A stretch of 64,000 bases of DNA. Source: a bacterium (GTDB taxonomy: Bacteria; Patescibacteriota; Minisyncoccia; JACQLN01). Shown here piece after piece: positions 1 to 8,120 of the stretch. The notes under the pieces are model-generated. The model saw nothing but the letters and a program-made list of their open reading frames with translations. It ran no database searches and had not been told where the DNA came from. Every line of letters begins with the position of its first letter. The stretch's first letter is position 1. A program made the translations under genes and the position numbers. The stretch is taken from NCBI GenBank assembly GCA_030697795.1, contig JAUYOV010000007.1, positions 73,810 to 137,809 of the forward strand. The letters run 5' to 3'.

Positions 1-930
1 CTTCTTCTAGTATTTGATTTATAAGCTCTGGATTGTTTTCAAATTCAGCTCGGCGAGCGCGAATAGGCTCTAAAAAGTTATTTATAGCTACCACCAGCTT
101 TTCTTTAACTTCCACATCTTTAACAGTGCCTTTTTGATAGCGCGACTTTAGGTCGACAACTTCTTCTTTATTTGTATTAAAAATATCATGATAAATAAAA
201 ACAGGATTGCCTTCTACTTGCCCATGTTCATCGCCGTGAACGCGATTGGGATCAGTATACATACTCATAACTTTCTTTTTCACTTCTTCGGCGCTGTCCG
301 AAAGATAAATACAATTATTAAGCGATTTAGACATCTTGGCTTTGCCATCGGTGCCGACCAGCGTAATCGACTCATTTCCAATTAAAGCTTCTGGTTCTGG
401 AAAAACTTCGCCATACATTTTATTAAATTTATTTGCAATTTCGCGCGTAATTTCTATATGCGATTCTTGATCTTTACCCACGGGCACCAAATTAGCCCGC
501 ACCATTAGAATATCGGCAGATTGCAAAACGGGATACGATAACAAACCCAACGAAGCATTGGCTATTTTAAGATCGCGCATTATATCTTTTAAAGTGGGCA
601 CTCTTTCCAAGCGGGGCTTGCTAACCAACATAGAAAACAAAAGATATAGATAAGCTACTTCGGGCACTTGAGATTGCCGGTAAAAAACAACCTTTTTGGG
701 ATCCAAGCCCACCGCTAAATAATCCAACATAAGTTGGCGAATATTTTCGTTCAGTTTTTGGATATTTTCTTTTTCGGGTTTAGTAGTGAGCGTGTGCAAA
801 TCGGCGAGAATTATAAAAGTTTCGTATTCATTTTGTAATGCAATACGATTTTTTAGTGTGCCTACATAGTGTCCTAAATGCAGACGACCAGTGGGACGAT
901 CTCCAGTTAAAATTCTTTTTCTATTCTCCA
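1..930 (-). CDS. trpS: Tryptophanyl-tRNA synthetase (class I aaRS), C-terminus runs off window start
   Basis: Minus-strand translation from ATG at 928-930: MENRKRILTGDRPTGRLHLGHYVG (HIGH-type motif) and later KMSKS (around 323-337), the TrpRS-like order of motifs. ORF not in 6-frame track because it is open at the window edge. Confidence 0.75.
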
Positions 931-975
931 TAATATTTTTGATATTTGATATTTGATATTTGATATTTAATTTAT
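931..975. repeat. Tandem heptamer repeat (GATATTT)x4-5 upstream of trpS
   Basis: tttgatatttgatatttgatatttgatattt read directly. Confidence 0.7.
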
Positions 976-980
976 TTGTG

Positions 981-1052
981 TGCCCCCGCCAGGACTTGAA
1001 CCCGGAATACGACGTCCGAAGCGTCGCGTGATATCCATTTCACTACAAGGGC
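981..1052 (-). tRNA. tRNA-Arg (anticodon TCG)
   Basis: Reverse complement GCCCTTGTAGTGAAATGGATATCACGCGACGCTTCGGACGTCGTATTCCGGGTTCAAGTCCTGGCGGGGGCA folds as cloverleaf. Anticodon loop CTTCGGA, T-arm GGTTCAAGTCC, acceptor with two G-U pairs, no encoded CCA. Confidence 0.85.
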
Positions 1053-1141
1053 CTCTTATTTATCTAATATCTAGTGGCTATTTACTAATTACTTCTTTAC
1101 TGCTACCTTCCTAGCGTAAATATAGCATATTGTACTAACCA

Positions 1142-1170
1142 TTGACAAGTTAATAATAATATGCTAGTAT
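1142..1170 (+). promoter_or_regulatory. Candidate sigma70-type promoter (TTGACA-17-TAGTAT) followed by small hairpins
   Basis: TTGACA at 1142-1147, 17-nt spacer, TAGTAT at 1165-1170. Downstream hairpin cgcgtttctgacgcg+T-run (1181-1202). Confidence 0.35.
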
Positions 1171-1323
1171 TGCACCATATCGCGTTTCTGACGCGGTTTT
1201 TTGTTTGTTTATCTACGCTTTAGCGTAGGTATAAACCAAACACCCTTCCGAAGCTCCGAGCTTTATCGAGGAGCGAAGGAGGGTATTCCCTACAAATAAC
1301 GTAGGATGATTCTCTAAACTACT

Positions 1324-1866
1324 ATGAAAAATATTATACAAAAAGCGTTTATTATAAGGCTGATTATAGCCATCATAATAATGTCTGCTATACCCGCTTA
1401 TGCGCAGGCCGGCTTAATTGATATAAGCGCCGATAGCATAAGCTCTTGGTTTAAAACAAAACTAGCTCCGGTAGTTTTAGCCGACAACGAAAAAGATATT
1501 AATGGCCTTGCCACCATAAACGGAATCGCTTTGATTACTTCTAAGCAACCTCTGATAGGTGTACTTAAAGTTTACGAAACCTATGTAACCGCTTATTCAT
1601 CTAGCGTAGATGAAACAGACAGCACCCCGTTTATAACCGCTTCCGGTAAAAAAGTAAGAGACGGTATAGTGGCCGCCAACTTTTTACCAATGGGTACAAA
1701 AATAAGGATACCCGATATTTTTGGCAATAAAATATTCGTGGTTGAAGACCGCATGGCTAGACGCCACGCCGATAAAGTAGACGTTTGGTTTCCTACCAAA
1801 CAAGAAGCCAAAACCTTCGGCCGAAAAAAATTGCAAATTGAAGTTATAGAAGATTACTCGCTTTAA
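1324..1866 (+). CDS. Secreted 3D-domain protein (MltA/YuiC-like cell-wall binding/lytic domain)
   Basis: N-terminal signal peptide (IIAIIIMSAIPAYAQA). C-terminal VTAYSSSVDETDSTPFITASGKKVRDGIVAANFLPMGTKIRIP...VVEDRMARRHADKVDVWF matches the 3D (Asp-Asp-Asp) domain pattern. Confidence 0.6.
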   Translation: MKNIIQKAFIIRLIIAIIIMSAIPAYAQAGLIDISADSISSWFKTKLAPVVLADNEKDINGLATINGIALITSKQPLIGVLKVYETYVTAYSSSVDETDSTPFITASGKKVRDGIVAANFLPMGTKIRIPDIFGNKIFVVEDRMARRHADKVDVWFPTKQEAKTFGRKKLQIEVIEDYSL

Positions 1867-1874
1867 ACAAAATT

Positions 1875-1907
1875 CCCCCGACAGAATGTCGAGGGGGTTT
1901 TTGTTTT
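1875..1907. terminator. Bidirectional rho-independent terminator
   Basis: cccccgacagaatgtcgaggggg hairpin followed by tttttgtttt. Lies between convergent genes 1324-1866(+) and 1914-2114(-). Confidence 0.6.
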
Positions 1908-1913
1908 GACTAC

Positions 1914-2114
1914 TTATTCACGTGTTACTTTCGTAGCAGATGTTCTGCCTTCTTTTTCAACAATTTCGAAAGAAACTGTATCTCCAGAATTTAGTTCATC
2001 GGGTGTAACACCCACAAGTTCTGAAAAGTGAAAAAAGGTATCTTTTTCTTGACCTTCGCGAGAAATAAATCCATAGCCTTTTCCTTTTAGAACGCTTTTG
2101 ATTGTACCTGTCAT
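1914..2114 (-). CDS. Cold-shock protein (CspA family)
   Basis: 66 aa. MTGTIKSVLKGKGYGFISREGQEKDTFFHFSEL matches the cold-shock RNP motifs (KGFGFI / VFVHF). Confidence 0.85.
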   Translation of the reverse strand: MTGTIKSVLKGKGYGFISREGQEKDTFFHFSELVGVTPDELNSGDTVSFEIVEKEGRTSATKVTRE

Positions 2115-2204
2115 CGTATGATTATTTTTAAATTTTTAATTTGAAACATTCGACGTTGCTCACACACCATAACACTATTTACGAATAACACAAACTTTAA
2201 AATG

Positions 2205-2286
2205 TGTCGGGAGGGAGACTCGAACTCCCATGGGTTGCCCCGCTAGCTCCTAAGGCTAGTGCGTCTGCCAATTTCGCCATCCCGAC
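2205..2286 (-). tRNA. tRNA-Leu (anticodon TAG), long variable arm
   Basis: Reverse complement GTCGGGATGGCGAAATTGGCAGACGCACTAGCCTTAGGAGCTAGCGGGGCAACCCATGGGAGTTCGAGTCTCCCTCCCGACA. Anticodon loop CTTAGGA, type II variable arm, T-arm GGAGTTCGAGTCTCC. Confidence 0.85.
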
Positions 2287-2425
2287 ATGTGCATTTATGT
2301 TATCAGAATCCGAATCTATTCGCACTTGACTTTTATACTGTTTTGATATATCATATCGGAATTACAGAAAATGGCAAGTTATTTGAAAATTGAATAACAA
2401 ATAAACCTTACCTAAGGAGGCCTAT

Positions 2426-3157
2426 ATGGCAGGCGAGCGAAGACCCAGACGAGAAGAGTTTAAATCTACGCCTTCTCAACCCGTAACCGTAACAGACGTT
2501 CGGCTTGAACAAGTTGGGCGTTCTGGAGACAGGTTAAAAGGACGTATCGCGGCCACCGCGAAGAAGGGTGGCCAGCCATGGTCTGGAGCGGATATAAGTT
2601 TCAAAGTCGGCGGAGTGCAGACGCCAAACTCACCATTGCAAAGTGGTGATGATGGTACTGCCAACGACGATTTTGATATTCCGCTTGATCCTGCCACAAG
2701 CAGGGTTCTCATTGAGGCTTGGTTTACAGGATCAAATCCAGCAAGAAAGTTTCTGGATATTGCCACAGCAACGAAACCTTCAGCACCAAAGAAAATAGAT
2801 AAGCTGGCGGTTAATGCTACGGGCAATAAGAATGGTCAGTGGGTTGTGTCTGTTATGGCCTCAACTCAAGACAACCAACCCGTTGAAGGAGTTGAAGTAA
2901 TTTTTCTTTACAATGGTGAATCGAAACCTGAAACTCTGACTAAAGGCGTGGCCTCGCATACAATCTTGGTAACAGGAAAATCTTGCGAGGTAGTTGTGCA
3001 AGCACCGGGCATAGAGCCAAAAACTCTGCGCCTGGCGGGACCAAAAGAAAAAATTAAAGTCCCGCCTGTTCCAGAAGAAGTAAAAACATGGTGGCAGAAA
3101 ACCAAAGCCGCGTGGAACATGGCAGCTGAAGACTCAAAAAAAGAAAAGGAGAGATAA
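2426..3157 (+). CDS. Hypothetical protein, first gene of GC-rich 3-gene operon
   Basis: 243 aa, no TM. Strong RBS taaggagg 6 nt upstream. Local GC about 50% versus about 35% for surroundings. Confidence 0.5.
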   Translation: MAGERRPRREEFKSTPSQPVTVTDVRLEQVGRSGDRLKGRIAATAKKGGQPWSGADISFKVGGVQTPNSPLQSGDDGTANDDFDIPLDPATSRVLIEAWFTGSNPARKFLDIATATKPSAPKKIDKLAVNATGNKNGQWVVSVMASTQDNQPVEGVEVIFLYNGESKPETLTKGVASHTILVTGKSCEVVVQAPGIEPKTLRLAGPKEKIKVPPVPEEVKTWWQKTKAAWNMAAEDSKKEKER

Positions 3158-3158
3158 A

Positions 3159-3689
3159 ATGTTTAGATTCGTTTACCTTCTGCGTCGGAGCAACAACTTC
3201 CGACTGGTAATGTTGTGGCTGTTGGTTGTGATTCATTGGATCATCAACCATACAATCCTTTCCACTACCGCATCAAAGTTTTCTCACCTTTCGGATATAC
3301 GGCAACGCCATATGAATTTTTATGATATTGGCGATGCCAAAACCGATAATGAAATCGCTGATCTGGGGTCACAGTTTCCTTGGACAGAGCTCAAAGCAAA
3401 CTGGCTCCACACCTCGGAACAAATCTGGTTGCTCCTGCTGATAGGGGCGATTATATATATACCTATCGCCTTATGTGAAGAATGGGGCCGAGCATGGACA
3501 GTTGCCCGCGCTAAAAAAGAAGCATGGGTGAATTTACCGGATGATCCACTTCCAGCAATTACTGGAACAATAACTACCGCAGTAACTCCCAGACATAACC
3601 AGATACTCAAACAAGCCTATATTTTTACTAGAGAGTTCGTTACAGCTCTTATAGCCGAACTCCTTGGAGAAAGGATGATGATACGATGA
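3159..3689 (+). CDS. Hypothetical membrane protein (2 predicted TM)
   Basis: 176 aa. Start overlaps previous stop (taaAATG); translationally coupled. GC-rich. Confidence 0.45.
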   Translation: MFRFVYLLRRSNNFRLVMLWLLVVIHWIINHTILSTTASKFSHLSDIRQRHMNFYDIGDAKTDNEIADLGSQFPWTELKANWLHTSEQIWLLLLIGAIIYIPIALCEEWGRAWTVARAKKEAWVNLPDDPLPAITGTITTAVTPRHNQILKQAYIFTREFVTALIAELLGERMMIR

Positions 3690-5068
3690 CGACGAAACCT
3701 TGGATGATTGTTTGCGGTCTAGCCATAATAGCGTTCTTCAAGTTCGCGGGCTGGATTGGTAGCTGGAGTATTGGTTTAGGTATTATTGCCATTGTTCTCG
3801 CAGTTGTGGTTTTACAGAACGTGGCATCAGCTCAACTAGGAACATTCAGCAAGATTTTTTTGTGGATGTTCGGAATAGCTGTGGTTGTTCCCGGTTTATA
3901 TAACGCAATTCTCGGTGAAGCTCCGCTAACAAGCGAAGCCATAGAAATGCGCAAACAAGAAGCCGATGTTAGTACAGGCCAAAGAATCCGCCCGCCTATG
4001 CTTTATGGTGTGGAAGGAATTTTGAGCGCTGCCAACGAACTAGACGACGAGATTGGCAAGACTTTGGGCAGAAAAGCAAAAAATCTGGTTGATCAATACT
4101 CGCAAGCCACTGGATCAAATACCGAAATTATCCAAAGAGAATTATTGGTGCTAACCGAGGAAATCAACCAGCACAAAAAATACCTAGAACAGATAAGATT
4201 AAAGACTACCGGTGACCAAGTAAGCTTTACAGGTTTTATAAGTGACCTACAAAAATCGTCCTTGCGGATGGTTATGTGGATCATCTGCTTTATCGGCATA
4301 GCCGTTCTCATAGCCTCCCCATGCTTCGCAAGAGAGTGGAAAAAACTCCCCAAAGGCATAGGCTTATCGCTGGCAATTTTTGGAGGAGTATTCTTGCTAG
4401 ACAGTATCGTCTATGCCGAAGGTACTGTTGGTTCGCCAAATGTGCCCAGTATAAACATGCCGAACCTAGAAGGCCAGGCGTTGTTCTGGATCACAGTTGC
4501 TGTAGTGGTCGGCTTTATAATCGTAAGTATAGCAACCAAAAAAGCCCGATGGGCCTTTATCGGAATCACCATTGGCATAGCTGTGATCGCCGCTACCCAT
4601 TTTTCGGGTTGGTATTACGGCGGTGGGTATGCTGCCGAAGTAGCCGCTCATAACAGGTTGGTGGCTAGTGTTCGAAATGTTGAAAAACGTAAGGAATCTT
4701 TAAACCCTCCGCCGAGTCAACGTGGGCGCTATAATAATCCTGTGCTAAAAGTGCAGGGTCTCGCCCAGAAAGTTACAATAAACATGGACGAGGTTCATTG
4801 GTCTCGACCAATCCAGTGGAGCAGGGATTACAATGTCATCTGGGAAATGCCGGGCTGGTATGAAATAATGCTTCTACCCACCGAGGATAGGATTATAAAT
4901 CGTAATGACGGCACCCTTAGTTCTGGTTTTATCACCTATATTCAAAAAATAGGTCCCGTCATTAGCTATCCCAATAGTATGGAGTTTCGGCAACCGGGCG
5001 TAGTTAAGTCGTTCATAATGCGCGGTGCGCCTGGCACCGGCACGGTGACAGTTTATGACAACTTCTAA
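3686..5068 (+). CDS. Hypothetical polytopic membrane protein with coiled-coil and C-terminal soluble domain
   Basis: 460 aa. ATGA overlap with upstream gene. Hydrophobic segments at N-terminus and mid-protein. GC-rich. Confidence 0.5.
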   Translation: MTTKPWMIVCGLAIIAFFKFAGWIGSWSIGLGIIAIVLAVVVLQNVASAQLGTFSKIFLWMFGIAVVVPGLYNAILGEAPLTSEAIEMRKQEADVSTGQRIRPPMLYGVEGILSAANELDDEIGKTLGRKAKNLVDQYSQATGSNTEIIQRELLVLTEEINQHKKYLEQIRLKTTGDQVSFTGFISDLQKSSLRMVMWIICFIGIAVLIASPCFAREWKKLPKGIGLSLAIFGGVFLLDSIVYAEGTVGSPNVPSINMPNLEGQALFWITVAVVVGFIIVSIATKKARWAFIGITIGIAVIAATHFSGWYYGGGYAAEVAAHNRLVASVRNVEKRKESLNPPPSQRGRYNNPVLKVQGLAQKVTINMDEVHWSRPIQWSRDYNVIWEMPGWYEIMLLPTEDRIINRNDGTLSSGFITYIQKIGPVISYPNSMEFRQPGVVKSFIMRGAPGTGTVTVYDNF

Positions 5069-5091
5069 GTTCTTTATTTTGTACACTCATC

Positions 5092-5128
5092 CCCCGAGAC
5101 GCAACGCGTCTCGGGGCTTTTTATTTTT
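5092..5128 (+). terminator. Rho-independent terminator of GC-rich operon
   Basis: ccccgagacgcaacgcgtctcgggg perfect hairpin + ctttttatttttct. Confidence 0.7.
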
Positions 5129-5155
5129 CTAAACACAAATGTATAATAATAGTTA

Positions 5156-5548
5156 ATGGAAAAAGATTTTGACAAATGGAACATTAAGAAAAAATCAGTC
5201 CACTATCACGGAGCTTCCTTATACTGTCATCCGAGAGAGGTCTGGTGGTGTTCCCTTGGTGTTAATGTTGGTTTTGAGCAGGATGGCACGGGTGAAAATT
5301 TCGATCGGCCAGTTGTAGTTATTCGCGGATTTAACGAATATATATTTTTTGGTGTAGCTCTTATTGGTAAAAATAAAAAAGGGAAATATTATTTTCCTGT
5401 TGGAAAAATTGAAGAAAGAGAAGCATCAGCAGTGCTTTCTCAAGTTAGAATCATCGATACTAAAAGGCTAATAAGGAAAATAACTACACTTGATGAGGAA
5501 CTATTTATAAAGTTAAATAACTCTCTCAAAGAGATACTTTTCGGCTAA
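5156..5548 (+). CDS. MazF/PemK/EndoA-family endoribonuclease toxin (no adjacent antitoxin seen)
   Basis: FEQDGTGENFDRPVVVIRGFN...SQVRIIDTKRLIRKITTLDEELFIKLNNSLKEIL parallels B. subtilis EndoA (SEQGGVRPVLVI...EQIRTIDKQRLTDKITHLDDEMM). Confidence 0.6.
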   Translation: MEKDFDKWNIKKKSVHYHGASLYCHPREVWWCSLGVNVGFEQDGTGENFDRPVVVIRGFNEYIFFGVALIGKNKKGKYYFPVGKIEEREASAVLSQVRIIDTKRLIRKITTLDEELFIKLNNSLKEILFG

Positions 5549-5765
5549 AAATAGTTTACCTCCGCTTGCGCGGGGGCGAGGCCGAAGCCCTTTATAAACT
5601 GATTCTAACAAGCTATGTAAAACCAGTCAAGGCTATTGCTGGCAAACCAAAATATCATATAATAAATTAAACAGTTCTTTGTTTTTCTGTTCCGAAGGAA
5701 TAACCTTTAAAACCAGAAGGTCATTCCTTCGGGAAATACTGCTCTTTAAAAATTAGGAGGCATAA

Positions 5766-6248
5766 ATGGATAAGCCCGCTTTAGCTGGCACGGCTGGATT
5801 GCTGGACCCTGTGTTGATAAGTTTAGCCCGCGAAATTGCCAAAATAATTCCTGCTAACAGTTTGTTGCGTTCAAGATTTATGGAATCTTTTATGGGCGCT
5901 GTTCGCGGTTTTTTAGAAGCGCGCACGGAACAACTCCCCGCAGTACCTGCGGTAGTTTCGGAAAAAGCCCTAGACGTTTGGGGATTTGTATCGGCTTTTT
6001 TAGCCAACAGCAAAAAATCTCTCCCAGAAACTGACCCCGAAACTATAATGCTTGCCGCCATAGCCGAAAGATTGCAAAAAGCGGAAGATCCCAAAAAAGA
6101 AGCCGAGAAAATAAAAGAAGAATTAAGGCTAGTTAAAGAAATAATGGACCAGGCACGCCCAGAAGAAGAATCCGAGGATTCGGCTGTGTTACAAGTAATA
6201 AACAAAAAACTTAGAAAAATCCGCCAAGATTTGCAAAAAAGGAGATAA
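5766..6248 (+). CDS. Hypothetical protein
   Basis: 160 aa. RBS aggagg at 5753-5758. Overlapping antisense ORF 5753-6349 judged spurious. Confidence 0.45.
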   Translation: MDKPALAGTAGLLDPVLISLAREIAKIIPANSLLRSRFMESFMGAVRGFLEARTEQLPAVPAVVSEKALDVWGFVSAFLANSKKSLPETDPETIMLAAIAERLQKAEDPKKEAEKIKEELRLVKEIMDQARPEEESEDSAVLQVINKKLRKIRQDLQKRR

Positions 6249-6251
6249 ATC

Positions 6252-7103
6252 ATGGCCACAAAAACGGCGTCATTCGCAGAAACTATAGAAATTTTATGGG
6301 ATATACTTGGCCTTAAAAAAGATGAGGCTTTAGCTAAGATAAAAAGCATAGGCCTTTCATATACAAAAACTCTTCTTTTGATTTTAGCTCTATGGGCTGG
6401 ATCTACTTTTTTCCTGATTTATTTGAAAGCTCTAACCGGAATAAAGTTTTTTGCTTTTTTGGCAGCCCTAGTTTCTTTTGTGTTCGCAGTAGCTATGAGA
6501 ATTTTATGGCTACCTATATCCACATGCCTTAGCATGATGGCACAAGAAACACTAAACCCCGCCAAAGCCAGCGAAGACTATATGAAAAGATCTGCAATGT
6601 TTGTTCTGGCGGGTCTTTCTGCATCTCTTTATGCTATGAATAACCCAATAGAAAACAACACAGATCTTCTTATGGGTTTAGCCGTAGCATTCATTGCGCT
6701 TTTGTTGCTAATTTATATTGCCGGTACTGTTGTTCCAATAAATGTATACGCGATTGCGCTTGGTATATATATAATTTATACCACTCTTCTTTTTAGGACT
6801 GATAAGCCGATTGACTATCTCCTAAGCGGATGCAATCAGCAAGTAACTTACTCCATCTACCAAGGCAAAACATACGGATCAAGCGAAGAGATAACGGTTT
6901 ATAATAAACCAGGAGAATTTTCTAGTGTAATTACTTTATCTGGAGTCTATAAACCAAGGTTCGTGGGTTCGGCAGAACTTCTGCCAGCTGGTTCAAATAC
7001 GGCTGTAAAAATAAAATCTGGCGAAAGATTCAATCTTGATTTCAATACATTCCAAGTCCGTAGCCAACTTGACTGGATAACATTTGTTCCTGCAAACAAA
7101 TAA
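6252..7103 (+). CDS. Hypothetical integral membrane protein
   Basis: 283 aa, multiple hydrophobic helices. 3 nt after upstream stop. Confidence 0.5.
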   Translation: MATKTASFAETIEILWDILGLKKDEALAKIKSIGLSYTKTLLLILALWAGSTFFLIYLKALTGIKFFAFLAALVSFVFAVAMRILWLPISTCLSMMAQETLNPAKASEDYMKRSAMFVLAGLSASLYAMNNPIENNTDLLMGLAVAFIALLLLIYIAGTVVPINVYAIALGIYIIYTTLLFRTDKPIDYLLSGCNQQVTYSIYQGKTYGSSEEITVYNKPGEFSSVITLSGVYKPRFVGSAELLPAGSNTAVKIKSGERFNLDFNTFQVRSQLDWITFVPANK

Positions 7104-7152
7104 CCTGTGCCTCCGAAATTTATCCCGCATATAAATTTATGTGCGAAAACCA

Positions 7153-7182
7153 AAACACTCCGACATATATCGGAGTGTTTTT
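7153..7182. terminator. Bidirectional terminator
   Basis: aaacactccgacatatatcggagtgttt hairpin with T-runs on both strands, between convergent genes. Confidence 0.55.
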
Positions 7183-7219
7183 AAATATCTGCTTTGGAAA
7201 AAACTAATACCTAATAGTA

Positions 7220-7588
7220 CTACCCTAAGAAACTCCTTGCAAAACTAACTATAGAATAAGAAAGTATAACCACAACTATACCAATCACACCATAAAGAAG
7301 CATCTTTTTGGCCTTTTCAACATTCTTCTCGTCCATACCAGCTGTGATATATAAATAGCCCGCCCAAACAATCATAACCACAGCTATTATGGCCACAATT
7401 CCTATAATATAATTAACCACGATTGTTATGGTATCTGTCAGACGCTCTTTAGTAAAGCTTTCTACACCCACTATCTCTGGCTGTATATCTCCATCCTGTG
7501 CTCCAACAACCGCATAACTAAAGGCGAATAAGAAAACCGAGAGTAAACCTACAGAAATCAACTTATTCAAATTTATACTTTTAAACAT
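7220..7588 (-). CDS. VirB2/TrbC-like pilin-family small secreted membrane protein (paralog 1)
   Basis: 122 aa. Signal peptide, then hydrophobic helix - loop (AGMDEKNVEKAKKML) - hydrophobic helix, the VirB2/TrbC helix-loop-helix topology. Same motif in 7746-8120, 8101-9117 and 48880-49722. Confidence 0.5.
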   Translation of the reverse strand: MFKSINLNKLISVGLLSVFLFAFSYAVVGAQDGDIQPEIVGVESFTKERLTDTITIVVNYIIGIVAIIAVVMIVWAGYLYITAGMDEKNVEKAKKMLLYGVIGIVVVILSYSIVSFARSFLG

Positions 7589-7745
7589 TTTTAAATTTTA
7601 GAGAATTTTTTATTTAATTAAATAACAAGAAACGACTTTATAGCATCATTCTATCACATAGACATAATACAAAACAACAAGCCTGTGGATATTACTGCGT
7701 TAGGAATGACAGCCCTTCCAAAAAGGGCGGTCCTTCCTGAATACT

Positions 7746-8120
7746 CTACTTCAAAAAGCTTTCCACAAACACAACCGCCGATTTTGAAAGTATAAGCACT
7801 ATTACACCGATAACAATCCATAACAGCATTTGCCTAGCTTTTTTAACTTGTTCCGGCTTATCACCGCCCGTTATAAATAAAAACCCAGCGTAGACTGTCA
7901 TTATAACTGCTATGGGACCCGCCAAATATAGAAGAAAGTTTACAATTCTATCAACCAAAACTGTTATATCAGCATTATTTCCTAGGGGATTACATATAAC
8001 ACCATCGCAAGCAGGCGCAGGCGCTTGAGCTAGGGAAATTAAAGGAAAAATAAATAAAGCTAGCAAATAAAGAATTTTTTTCATATTTTTATATGTTAAA
8101 TTAATTACAAGTAAAAACAC
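7746..8120 (-). CDS. VirB2/TrbC-like pilin-family protein (paralog 2)
   Basis: 124 aa. Signal peptide (LISLAQA), CxxxxC, helix-GGDKPEQVKKARQML-helix. Confidence 0.5.
   Translation of the reverse strand: MFLLVINLTYKNMKKILYLLALFIFPLISLAQAPAPACDGVICNPLGNNADITVLVDRIVNFLLYLAGPIAVIMTVYAGFLFITGGDKPEQVKKARQMLLWIVIGVIVLILSKSAVVFVESFLK

Noticed and set aside
188-385. 65-aa plus-strand ORF
   Set aside because: Lies antisense inside the clearly coding trpS gene (HIGH/KMSKS motifs on the minus strand) and has no RBS; spurious.
2476-5086. Several 60-125 aa ORFs in alternative frames and strands of the GC-rich island (2476-2826-, 2908-3120-, 3320-3610-, 4276-4653+, 4093-4359-)
   Set aside because: Elevated GC reduces stop-codon frequency, which yields long spurious ORFs. 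All are embedded in the three coupled genes and lack start context.
5753-6349. 198-aa minus-strand ORF overlapping 5766-6248(+)
   Set aside because: Antisense to a plus-strand ORF that has a strong aggagg RBS and a sensible start. The minus-strand product is low-complexity (Ser/Ala-rich), typical of GC-richer antisense frames.
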